Source of the DNA: Phycisphaerae bacterium
Lineage (GTDB): Bacteria; Planctomycetota; Phycisphaerae; UBA1845; Fen-1342
Direction: 5' to 3'
NCBI GenBank assembly: GCA_963675745.2
Contig: CAXXWX010000019.1
Span: 320,001-384,000 of the forward strand
DNA: 64,000 nt
Part shown: positions 50,259 to 59,105 of the stretch, piece by piece
How positions within the stretch are numbered: position 1 is the first letter of the stretch
Layout of the letters: each line of letters begins with the position of its first letter
Made by a program: the position numbers and the translations under genes
Notes under the pieces: generated by a model
Told to the model about the DNA's origin: nothing
The model's input: the letters and a program-made list of their open reading frames with translations, nothing else
Databases searched by the model: none

Positions 50259-51416
50259 TCAGTACGGCCGCTCGGCGCGCGCGATCACCTCGCCGAGTGT
50301 AGGCTCGTGCATGGGCTCCCACTCAACGCGCAACTCGTCGAGGGTGGCGACACCCGCGAGCGTGATCAGGTCCGCCTGCCCCTGCCCGAGTCCTTCGTCA
50401 ACCGCGCGCCTGAGGTGATCTATCGTGCGTGGGTCGTGCCCGATGATGCGCGCGGCGGTTACGTCGGCCGCCACCGCGTCGGTGCTGCCCAGCAGAAGCC
50501 ACTGACCGGCGCGCTCGCGCAGATCAACCGTGACGCCTTCGCCGGCGTATACCCAGGGGCCATTGCGCTCCACGCCGATCGATGCGTCGATGATTACGAG
50601 ATCCGGGTCAACGGCGGCGGCCACGTCGAGAATGCACCCGTCAATCCGCCCGGCGCCGGTGTGCAGATCAACACGCCAGTGAGTCTCGCCAACGCCGCCA
50701 TAGCCGGCCAAGGGCATGGTGCCGATCAGGTTTTTGAGCGAAAGTGAGAGGCCGGCGTGGCGATGTGTCTTCAGGACCGGGATGGAGATCAGCCGGTCGG
50801 CGCGCGCGACCAAGCTTGAGACCAGCAGCTCGCCGTGCCCCGTCCGTGGCGTCGGCACCGCATCCCAGGCGGGCGAGTCATCATTGAGGCACGCGAGCCG
50901 CACCCGGTTGTCGTATTGCGTATTAAGCCGCGCGACTTCGGCCGCCAGATGCGATGTGCCGTCAAGTGTGACAACCTCCTCCCAGGAGAACCTGACGACC
51001 TGCGCGCCGTCGCCGATTATCACCTCGGCGGCGCCGGCTTGCAGACAGGCATCGGCGACCTCGGTCACAATCTCGGGCTTGGCACACTCGCCGGTGGCGA
51101 TCGGGTTCTCGCGGCCCAGACCGACCGCGAGCAGGTTGGGCTTGATGAACACAGTCTCGCCCGGCCTGACCACGGTCTCGATCCCGCCGAGTCGCGTGAG
51201 TAAATCGTGCGTCATGGCCGTCAGCTCGGTGCCGCGCGCGACGGCTACCGTGGCGGGGCGATCGGTCGGCGCGGTGGGCAGCAGTATTTCCGGCGGCAGA
51301 AAGGGGTTGGCCTCGGTACACCCATGGAGCAGCAGCGGGGCACCGATGGACGCGCCGAGGCCGGCCGTAGCCGATGCTCTGAGGAAACCGCGGCGTGTCA
51401 TGCGACGCTTACGCAC
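50259..51416 (-). CDS. Tat-exported DUF362-family protein
   Basis: MTRRGFL signal, VFIKPNL, IGDG, ISIPVLKTH, SLKNLIG and DAVAAD. GTG start after GGAG. Confidence 0.82.
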   Translation of the reverse strand: MRKRRMTRRGFLRASATAGLGASIGAPLLLHGCTEANPFLPPEILLPTAPTDRPATVAVARGTELTAMTHDLLTRLGGIETVVRPGETVFIKPNLLAVGLGRENPIATGECAKPEIVTEVADACLQAGAAEVIIGDGAQVVRFSWEEVVTLDGTSHLAAEVARLNTQYDNRVRLACLNDDSPAWDAVPTPRTGHGELLVSSLVARADRLISIPVLKTHRHAGLSLSLKNLIGTMPLAGYGGVGETHWRVDLHTGAGRIDGCILDVAAAVDPDLVIIDASIGVERNGPWVYAGEGVTVDLRERAGQWLLLGSTDAVAADVTAARIIGHDPRTIDHLRRAVDEGLGQGQADLITLAGVATLDELRVEWEPMHEPTLGEVIARAERPY

Positions 51417-51519
51417 GAAGGTATCTCCATACTGCAAAACCCGCTCGCCTAGTGTTTCCCCGCGGGCGGTCTGCGTCAACAATAATGTGCGTGCCTGGGA
51501 TTCAGACAAGGAGCACGTC

Positions 51520-52752
51520 ATGGCCAGCGCCCACGCCAAATCGCTCGTCACCGCCTTGATGATCGTTATCGTCGCCCAACTGGGATGCACCGCCCCCTCA
51601 CAAGCGGAGGTCAAACCGATCGATATGCGCAGCGTCACCGACGCCGGAAACCGGTTCGCGCTCGAACTCTACCGGGAACTCTGCCGCGAAGACGACAACG
51701 TATTCTTCTCGCCCTACAGCATCACCGCCGCTCTGGCCATGACCTACGGTGGCGCCGGTGGCCAGACCGCCGAACAGATGGCCGACGTGCTGCACCTGTC
51801 TGGTCTGGATGGTGACGTTCACGCGGCCCTGGGGAAACTGACCGCTTCGCTGAACGCGCCGGCGGAGACCGACTATAAGCTCTCAGTGGCGAACGCGCTT
51901 TGGGGGCAGAGCGGCTATCGGTTTCGGCGTGAGTTCGTCGAACTGCTCGACGAACGCTATGCCGCGCCGCTTAACGAGGTTGATTTCAAGGCCGCGCTGC
52001 AGCAGGCTTGTGACCGCATAAACACCTGGGTCGCGGACAAGACGGCCGGCAAGATCACGAAACTGGTTGACGCGCGCGCCATGCCGCCGTCCACACGACT
52101 GGTACTGACCAACGCCATCTACTTCAAGGGCACCTGGCGCCACCCGTTTGACGCGAAACACACGGAGCCAGCGCCATTCAAGCTGGCGGGCGGCAAACAG
52201 GTTGATGTGCCCATGATGCGGCAGAAACGGCGTTTCGGTTTGTTCGAGAATGTCGAGTTCCAGGTCCTGGCAATGCCGTATGGCAAGGCCGGTGAGCTGG
52301 AGATGTTGGTGATGCTGCCGCGCGCCACCGACGGGCTCCTCCGGTTCGAGCGCTGTCTGACATTGGACGAGATGGGCAACTGGCTTGAGAACATGCGCTC
52401 GCGCGAGGTAATCGTATGGCTGCCGCGCACCAAGATTACCGGCGAGTTTCAACTGGGCCGCACGCTGGCGAAGATGGGCATGCCCGACGCGTTTTCAGCC
52501 GATAAAGCCGATTTCTCGCGCATGACCGAGCAGGAGAGGCTGTTCATCGGGATGGTTGTACACAAGGCCTACGTGGACGTAAACGAGGAGGGCACCGAAG
52601 CCGCGGCCGCGACCGGGGTCGGCATGGCGGCGACGGCGATGCCCAAACCACCGGCGCGCTTTGTCGCCGACCATCCGTTCATGTTCCTGATCCGCGACAC
52701 GCGCTCGAACGCGCTATTGTTCATCGGGCGCGTCATGAATCCCGCCGAGTGA
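51520..52752 (+). CDS. Serpin (serine protease inhibitor), probable lipoprotein
   Basis: NVFFSPYSI, INTWV, LVLTNAIYFKGTW, VPMM, hinge VNEEGTEAAAAT and FVADHPFMFLIRD...LFIGRV. Signal peptide ending AQLGC; AAGGAG RBS. Confidence 0.95.
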   Translation: MASAHAKSLVTALMIVIVAQLGCTAPSQAEVKPIDMRSVTDAGNRFALELYRELCREDDNVFFSPYSITAALAMTYGGAGGQTAEQMADVLHLSGLDGDVHAALGKLTASLNAPAETDYKLSVANALWGQSGYRFRREFVELLDERYAAPLNEVDFKAALQQACDRINTWVADKTAGKITKLVDARAMPPSTRLVLTNAIYFKGTWRHPFDAKHTEPAPFKLAGGKQVDVPMMRQKRRFGLFENVEFQVLAMPYGKAGELEMLVMLPRATDGLLRFERCLTLDEMGNWLENMRSREVIVWLPRTKITGEFQLGRTLAKMGMPDAFSADKADFSRMTEQERLFIGMVVHKAYVDVNEEGTEAAAATGVGMAATAMPKPPARFVADHPFMFLIRDTRSNALLFIGRVMNPAE

Positions 52753-52767
52753 CGGTGGCAACCGGCA

Positions 52768-54498
52768 TCAGAGTATTCTCAGGCCGACCAGCGTCAGGTC
52801 GTCCGCCTGCTCCGCCAGCCCCACAAAACGGCGTATGTCCCAGACGATGTTGTGCAGAACCTCATCGGGCGCCAGCGCCCCGTGCTGCCGCAGCGACGCG
52901 TGCAAACGGCTGCGGCCGAACAGCTCTCCGTCGAAGTTGGCGGCGTCGATGGCGCCATCCGTATACAAAACCAGGAAGTCGCCCGGCTTGACGGCTATTC
53001 GGTGGACCTTGTAGGCCTCGTGCGGATCGACGCCCAACACCAGCCCGGCTTCGTCGATGACACGCAGAGCCCCGTCCCGCAGCAGCAGCAGCGGCTCGTG
53101 TCCGGCGCTGCAAACAGTGGCATCGCGGCCTTCGCGGTCAATCGCGACGATCAGTAACGTGACGAACTCGCGCGAAGTCGTGTCGCGGCACACATGTTGG
53201 TTGAGCCGATTGAGCAGATCATCCGGCGTCAGGCAAGCCTCCGCCCCGGCGCGCAGCGCGCCACGCACAGAGGCTCCGAGCAGGGCGGCCGGCATACCCT
53301 TGCCCACGACATCAGCCACTACCGCGGCGGTCTGGCCGCCGCACAAGCTGATAAAGTCGCAGAAGTCGCCGGCAACATGCGAACTGGGGCTGAAGATGCG
53401 CGCGGCTTCGATGTGCGGGTGAGTGGGAATCGGCGTGGCCAACATGCGCGACTGAATCTGGCCGGCCACGCGCAACTCGCGCTCGGTTTCGGCGTTGCGC
53501 AGGCGCTCCTCGAGCAACTGGGCGTTAACAATGGCGGTGGCGGCCTGCGCGGCAACCGCGCCGAGCAACTCGCGCTGAGTCTGGGGGAACCGCCGTCGCC
53601 TGGCGGTGTAGACGCGCATTACGCCGACCGGCTGGCCGTGATACATCAAGCCGGTGGTCAGCGCGCTGACAATCCCCTCGCCGCGCGCGTCACCGCGCAG
53701 TTGAAAGCGCGCGTCGTCAGCCACATTTTCCACGTACACCAGCCGGCCATTAAGCGCCTCGTCATCGATCGCGTTGTCTGCGCGGCGGATCACTCCCTGG
53801 TTTACGTAGCGCGCCGAGAGATTGTGTACCGCCTTGATCGTCAGCTCCCTGGTTGCCGGGTTATACAGCCGCAGACTGCAATAACGGCACTTCATGACGC
53901 GTGCGGTCTCGGCCACTATGCGGTCGAGCACCGTTTGCAGATCGTGGCGTCCGCTGACCAGCGCCGCGATATCACCCATCAGCGCCAGTTCCTCGGAAGC
54001 CGCCCGAATGCGTACCTGGTGACGGCACCATTCAGAGAGCACGCGCGATACCCAACGCACACTGCGCACCGGTTTGCTGTCGGAGGTTGCTTTGAAAAGC
54101 GGCAGTTCGCCGAATGCCACGCGCAGCTCAGATGCGTCGTCGTGCGTGGACAGCACCTCAGGGGGGACCTCCGCGCGCAACTCGCGCAGCTCGCCCGCAG
54201 CGACAAACCCGGCGACGTTGCGCTGCACATAGACGGGCGCGACGACGTGCGTCACCCCCAGCACCGTGCAGGCCAGGATGCGCGCCGGGGGCTCGTCGGC
54301 CGGTAAGCGTAGTTCCATCAACCTGGGCGGCAACGTGGGGGGCAAGCATTGGCACAACTTGCCGTAGCGGCTCGTCGCCGGTGACGCCGCCAGCAATCTG
54401 CGTCGCCCATCGAAGACGGCGATCCGTTGTCCACTGACGCGCGCCAGCCCGCCGACGAAATCTTCGAGAAAGGCGATGTCGAGCAATTCACGCAACAA
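52768..54498 (-). CDS. PocR-like + GAF + SpoIIE/PP2C serine phosphatase (RsbU-like)
   Basis: VAGDFCD, ADVVGKG, FVT, SAGH, LYTDG and DDLT motifs; central GAF domain. Confidence 0.9.
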   Translation of the reverse strand: MLRELLDIAFLEDFVGGLARVSGQRIAVFDGRRRLLAASPATSRYGKLCQCLPPTLPPRLMELRLPADEPPARILACTVLGVTHVVAPVYVQRNVAGFVAAGELRELRAEVPPEVLSTHDDASELRVAFGELPLFKATSDSKPVRSVRWVSRVLSEWCRHQVRIRAASEELALMGDIAALVSGRHDLQTVLDRIVAETARVMKCRYCSLRLYNPATRELTIKAVHNLSARYVNQGVIRRADNAIDDEALNGRLVYVENVADDARFQLRGDARGEGIVSALTTGLMYHGQPVGVMRVYTARRRRFPQTQRELLGAVAAQAATAIVNAQLLEERLRNAETERELRVAGQIQSRMLATPIPTHPHIEAARIFSPSSHVAGDFCDFISLCGGQTAAVVADVVGKGMPAALLGASVRGALRAGAEACLTPDDLLNRLNQHVCRDTTSREFVTLLIVAIDREGRDATVCSAGHEPLLLLRDGALRVIDEAGLVLGVDPHEAYKVHRIAVKPGDFLVLYTDGAIDAANFDGELFGRSRLHASLRQHGALAPDEVLHNIVWDIRRFVGLAEQADDLTLVGLRIL

Positions 54499-54658
54499 GC
54501 GGCACTATCTCCGTCTGGGGATGTGAATCAGGCGCTATGATCGCGGCGTGGCCCGCGGAAATGAAGGGGGCGGCTTGCGTTTTGCGTTAGAATAGGCTCG
54601 TCGCCGGCAAACCGGCTGCCGCGCCGGCCGGCTTGTAGCTATCACACAGGAGGACGGT

Positions 54659-56224
54659 TTGTCCCGACAGTCAATGCCGCAGCCCAGCGCCCCGTGGCGT
54701 GCGCTCGCACAGAGCCTCTTTCTGGGGTTCGCCGCCGTGGCGTTGGGGCAGACCGGCGTACAGGTCAACGTCGGGCCCACCGGCCGGGACATGCCGGGCG
54801 ACGCTGCCAATGAGGTCAGCATGATCGCGAGCCCGCGCGATCCGAACATAATGGCCGCCGGCTGGCGCAATTTCACCGACAGAGATTATTCAAACCGCGA
54901 GGCGGGCTGCGCCTACTCCACCGACGCCGGCCGAACCTGGCACTCTACCGGAATCATCACGCATTTCCCGGACCGTTTCGCGCCGTACATGGCCAGCGAT
55001 CCAGCCCTCGCCGCCGCGCCCGACGGGACGATGTACTACGCCCATTTGGTGTGGGATCAGTTTGGTCTCGATCGGGGAATCGTATTATCGAGTTCTGTCG
55101 ACGGCGGCCGGTCCTGGACGATGCGATCCGTCGTCATCGCGGACGCTAACTGGCTGACACCCGACAAGCAGTGGATTGCGGTCGACTGCACCGGCGGCCC
55201 GACAAACGGCACGCTCTACGTGTCTTACACCATGGGGCTGGTCCACCCCTTCTACATCTACATTCAACGGAGTACCGATGGGGGCCGCACGTTCGACCGG
55301 CCCGTGCGCGTGTCGGCATACCAGGGCGAGCACACTTCGCTCCCCATAGTCGCCCCCGACGGAACTGTACACCTCGTATCTCTGTTTGCGGTACGCGGCG
55401 GCGGCACTCTGCGCGTCAGACGCTCACTCAACGCCCAGGATCAGCGCTGGCCCCTGCGTTTCAGCCAAGCCACCTCGCTACGGGCCGCGGCCGTGTCCGG
55501 GGGCTGGGGACAAATCCCCGTCGGCCTGCACGTGCCGGCCATTGCTACGGACAGTAGTGGCGGCGCGTACCACGGCGCGGTCTACATCGCGTATGTACGT
55601 GCCGGTTGGGCCGGCGTCACCAATATCGCCGTCGCACGCTCGCACGACGGTGGCAACTCCTGGCAGGTCGCCGCACGCGTCAATGACCGTGGATTCATGA
55701 AGCGCCGCGATTGCTTCATGCCGGCTATCAGCGTCGCACCCGATGGGCGTATCGACCTGACCTGGTATGACCGCCGTAATGACCCGGACAATCTGCGCGC
55801 CGAACTCTATTACAGCTACAGCATCGATGGCGGCAAGACCTGGCAACCAAACGTGCGTCTCAGCGATTCATTCGATCCCACCGCCGGATACCCGCGCATG
55901 AGTCCCAAGATCGGTGAGTACCATGCCTCCTTCAGCACCGTCGATGAACTGCGCATCGCGTACACCGGCACCTATAACGGCCAGCAGAACATATACTGCA
56001 TCATCCACCGGCCTTATCTCGGTGATCTCAACGGTGACCGCCTCCTCGACGGCGAAGACATCGACGCCCTCGCCATGGCACTCTGTAACCCCACGGCACA
56101 TGCGAATGCGCACGTCGGTGTCGATCTGTTACGGCGAGGAGACTTCAACGGCGACAATCAAGTAGACCTTGACGACGTCGTGCCCTTTCTGGGGCGCATG
56201 TCGCAACGCCGCGAGAGGGAGTAG
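54659..56224 (+). CDS. Secreted BNR/Asp-box (sialidase-like propeller) protein with C-terminal dockerin-like domain
   Basis: Five SxDxGxTW/F Asp-boxes, SDP and DKQW; GDLNGD...GDFNGDNQVDLDD tail. Start uncertain. Confidence 0.85.
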   Translation: MSRQSMPQPSAPWRALAQSLFLGFAAVALGQTGVQVNVGPTGRDMPGDAANEVSMIASPRDPNIMAAGWRNFTDRDYSNREAGCAYSTDAGRTWHSTGIITHFPDRFAPYMASDPALAAAPDGTMYYAHLVWDQFGLDRGIVLSSSVDGGRSWTMRSVVIADANWLTPDKQWIAVDCTGGPTNGTLYVSYTMGLVHPFYIYIQRSTDGGRTFDRPVRVSAYQGEHTSLPIVAPDGTVHLVSLFAVRGGGTLRVRRSLNAQDQRWPLRFSQATSLRAAAVSGGWGQIPVGLHVPAIATDSSGGAYHGAVYIAYVRAGWAGVTNIAVARSHDGGNSWQVAARVNDRGFMKRRDCFMPAISVAPDGRIDLTWYDRRNDPDNLRAELYYSYSIDGGKTWQPNVRLSDSFDPTAGYPRMSPKIGEYHASFSTVDELRIAYTGTYNGQQNIYCIIHRPYLGDLNGDRLLDGEDIDALAMALCNPTAHANAHVGVDLLRRGDFNGDNQVDLDDVVPFLGRMSQRRERE

Positions 56225-56297
56225 GTCGACGCGGCCGCGGAGCGGCGTTCGCGCGCCGCCCGTTCGCCAGGCGCGGGGGTCGCGAGACAGAAAACAC

Positions 56298-56327
56298 TTG
56301 CATTGTGGGGTGGCAAGAGCCTACGAT
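56298..56327 (+). promoter_or_regulatory. Possible sigma70 promoter
   Basis: TTGCAT-N18-TACGAT upstream of the 56478 gene. Confidence 0.3.
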
Positions 56328-56477
56328 TGCCGTTTGGGCTGCTGTGACGCTCCGGGCGGATTCTCGGGGGCGGGTTTTCGCGGAGCACGGCGAACTCACA
56401 GCGACGATTTTGGGGACGGAGTCAGACTGCGCGAGCCGACTTTCGCTCACCAGCACTGAATGCAAGGTAGCACACGG

Positions 56478-58091
56478 ATGCGATTTTGTGGGATCAAATT
56501 CACCGCCACCGGGCTGGTCTGCGCGCTCCTGACGATCGCCGCCGCGGGCGAACCATATGAGGTCGTGCGCGGTACCGCAACGAAGGTCACCCCATCGCCA
56601 ATGCCCGGCGTCGCGTATTCCAACACCGATGGAGCAGCACGATTCGGGTTTCCCTATCATCCGACCGCTCAAGTTGGCGACGATGTCACACTCATCGGGC
56701 GCGGGCTGCTCAGCGCGGTTCGGCTATCGATCTACAACCCTGACGATGTCGATCCGAACGATTGCATGAAATCGTCAATCGAAAGCGTCGATGCGACAGT
56801 CATCATTACGCGCCAGTCGGACAACGTTGAGATCGGTCGTTTCACGCGGACCCTGGTGTTCGGAACGGGTGATGATGCACTGCCACCCGGGCAGTTCAGC
56901 TATTGGACGCTCAGCGACCTCGCTGGGGAGAACATCGTCCTTGATCAGCGCGATCTGGTGTTGAGTGTCCGCTTTACGAACCTGGTCTGGGCGGACCCCG
57001 GTTGCATCGGGTTCATCGGACAGGCCGCGTTCTTCGATCCCAACGGATGCGCAACCGGCGAGTGGACGTCGATAATGAACCCCGCCGGAATCAGCCGCGA
57101 CACGTTCGCCATAAACGGCGCGCTCGGGTGGTTTCTCGGCGGGTGTCCCTGGGTCGCCAATTTCTATTGGGAGTTGAGCGTTGAAGACCTGGAACGCTTC
57201 CCTACCACCGTTGATCGACGACCGGAGTTCCCCGTTCCGGCCGCGACTTACTGGTTCAATCCGGCGGTACGCGATTTTGGTGGTGGATACGATGAATGGC
57301 GCAGCGACCTGCCCGATCCTGTGATCTACGAAGTTGGGTTTCCATACGTGTTCGCAACCGATCCGCACGCCGTACCCGGGCACGAGTGTCTCGGTTGGGT
57401 GATGCGCAAACTCGACGGCACCTCGGAGCGCGATTATGCGTACACCACCACGCCGCCCGGCATCGTCGCGTCGGCCTACAGCGAGATTGTGATGCTGTTC
57501 GAGACCTCGACGTACGTCAGCGCGGTGCTGACCATGGATGATATCGAACTGGCCCTGGCGGAGCCGATTACGATTGGCAAGACCGATCCCAACGACCCCG
57601 CGGGGCCTTTGCTGGAGTATCTCGATCGCGCCGGTCTTGGGGATGGGGTGACGCCCCTGACACGCCGCTATAGCCCAGTCCAGGAATTTGGCGACTATGA
57701 AACAGAACTCATAACGTTCGAGGCGGCCGAGCGCGAAGGGGCGACCGTCGGCTGGCAGTTCACGCGTTGGGACGGCAGCACCATCCAGCACGACGGTCGG
57801 CGGACCACCGAACTCGAGATTCACCGCTACCAGGAGGGCAAGCTGGTATACGAGATCAGCGATCCACCCTGCCTGCTGCCGGGCGACACGAACTGCGATG
57901 GCTGGGCGAATAACGGCGACATCGATTCGTTCATATTCGCGGTGACTGATGGGCAGGCGGCGTGGCTGGCGGACCTGGTTGACCGCGGCGTTACCATTTG
58001 CGATTTCGATTGTGCCGCCGATCTCAACGGGGATGGCTGGGTAAACAACGGCGACATCGAGCCGTTTATCGACTTGATCAGCGGTCAGTGA
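56478..58091 (+). CDS. Secreted hypothetical protein with C-terminal dockerin-like domain
   Basis: Signal peptide; PGDTNCDGWANNGDID...DLNGDGWVNNGDIEPF duplicated calcium loop. Start 56460 or 56478. Confidence 0.8.
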   Translation: MRFCGIKFTATGLVCALLTIAAAGEPYEVVRGTATKVTPSPMPGVAYSNTDGAARFGFPYHPTAQVGDDVTLIGRGLLSAVRLSIYNPDDVDPNDCMKSSIESVDATVIITRQSDNVEIGRFTRTLVFGTGDDALPPGQFSYWTLSDLAGENIVLDQRDLVLSVRFTNLVWADPGCIGFIGQAAFFDPNGCATGEWTSIMNPAGISRDTFAINGALGWFLGGCPWVANFYWELSVEDLERFPTTVDRRPEFPVPAATYWFNPAVRDFGGGYDEWRSDLPDPVIYEVGFPYVFATDPHAVPGHECLGWVMRKLDGTSERDYAYTTTPPGIVASAYSEIVMLFETSTYVSAVLTMDDIELALAEPITIGKTDPNDPAGPLLEYLDRAGLGDGVTPLTRRYSPVQEFGDYETELITFEAAEREGATVGWQFTRWDGSTIQHDGRRTTELEIHRYQEGKLVYEISDPPCLLPGDTNCDGWANNGDIDSFIFAVTDGQAAWLADLVDRGVTICDFDCAADLNGDGWVNNGDIEPFIDLISGQ

Positions 58092-59098
58092 TCCGCGCGT
58101 GGGCGCCGTGTTTCGCCACGCCGGTCGCCGGCGTCTATTCGATCAAATCGCACCATGTCCTCACCCACGCCGAGGCTTTCCAGGCGGCGCCGTAGTACCA
58201 GCACGTCGGTCTTCAGCGTCCGTGTGACCGTTATGCGCTGCACGAAGTCCTGGTCGAGCTGCCGCGCCAGGCAGAGGATGTCGGCCAGGTCTTCGCTGGT
58301 CGCAGACTGTCCATCAACCGTAATCACGCCACGAAAGTCCAGCGCCACTTCGCGAACTCGCGGCCGTGCCGGCCGGATGATCATGGTGACGCGCGTGCCG
58401 ACGTCGGGGATAGCGTCGGTGTCAGCGGCCACCCACACGCCGCCCAGAATGCTCGGATAACGCCGGGAATAGGCAATCAGGCTGTCGACGAAGTCGACGG
58501 TTGCGACGCCCACGCCACTGTATTCGGAGGCAACCAGCCCGTCTTCGAGCAGAATCGATCCCCCAAACACCCATGGCCTTTCGATCGGTGCTCGGCCAAA
58601 CTCGATTGTGCGCAGCCAGTCGCAGGCATTGATCGTGTGCGTTTGGGCGACGCCATCCCAGCGCAGCAGAATATCCACAAGGTCGCCGGCCGGTGCATCG
58701 AAGTCGCCGGTCACATCATTCCAGCGGGGCGGGTGGCCGGGCGTCATTCCGGCCAACCCCATGGCCTGGAACACGGCTGTTGCCCGCGCCTCGCAACGCA
58801 GAATGCTCTCATGATCTTTGCTGTGAAAGCAGGCCAGAAACTCGAGTTGGCCCTGGCGCAGCACGACGCGCGTATCGACGTGTACGGCGCCGTTGTCCCA
58901 GTCGATCGTCACGCCCGGCTGATACTCGCGCAGGCGTCCGCCTGATGTCGCGGCCCCCGGCGCTGCGGTTGCCGAAGCGATTGCCGTTACCGCGAGCACA
59001 ACGCAGGCGGCGTGCATGGTCCATCCGGCGTGGTTAGCAAACCGCCCGCCGATGATCGGCGGGCGGTGAGTGGGTTCAGTCATGTGACGGGTATACAC
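58085..59098 (-). CDS. YdjY-like domain protein with C-terminal ExbD/TolR-like domain
   Basis: LEFLAC...KDHESIL...G.P...WVFGGS pattern; hydrophobic N-terminal segment. Start uncertain. Confidence 0.65.
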   Translation of the reverse strand: MYTRHMTEPTHRPPIIGGRFANHAGWTMHAACVVLAVTAIASATAAPGAATSGGRLREYQPGVTIDWDNGAVHVDTRVVLRQGQLEFLACFHSKDHESILRCEARATAVFQAMGLAGMTPGHPPRWNDVTGDFDAPAGDLVDILLRWDGVAQTHTINACDWLRTIEFGRAPIERPWVFGGSILLEDGLVASEYSGVGVATVDFVDSLIAYSRRYPSILGGVWVAADTDAIPDVGTRVTMIIRPARPRVREVALDFRGVITVDGQSATSEDLADILCLARQLDQDFVQRITVTRTLKTDVLVLRRRLESLGVGEDMVRFDRIDAGDRRGETRRPRADH

Positions 59099-59105
59099 GT
59101 GCGCG

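Noticed and set aside
50716..51519. 268-aa N-terminal extension of the serpin ORF (apparent fusion)
   Set aside because: It overlaps the DUF362 gene on the opposite strand; the strong RBS and signal peptide place the start at 51520.
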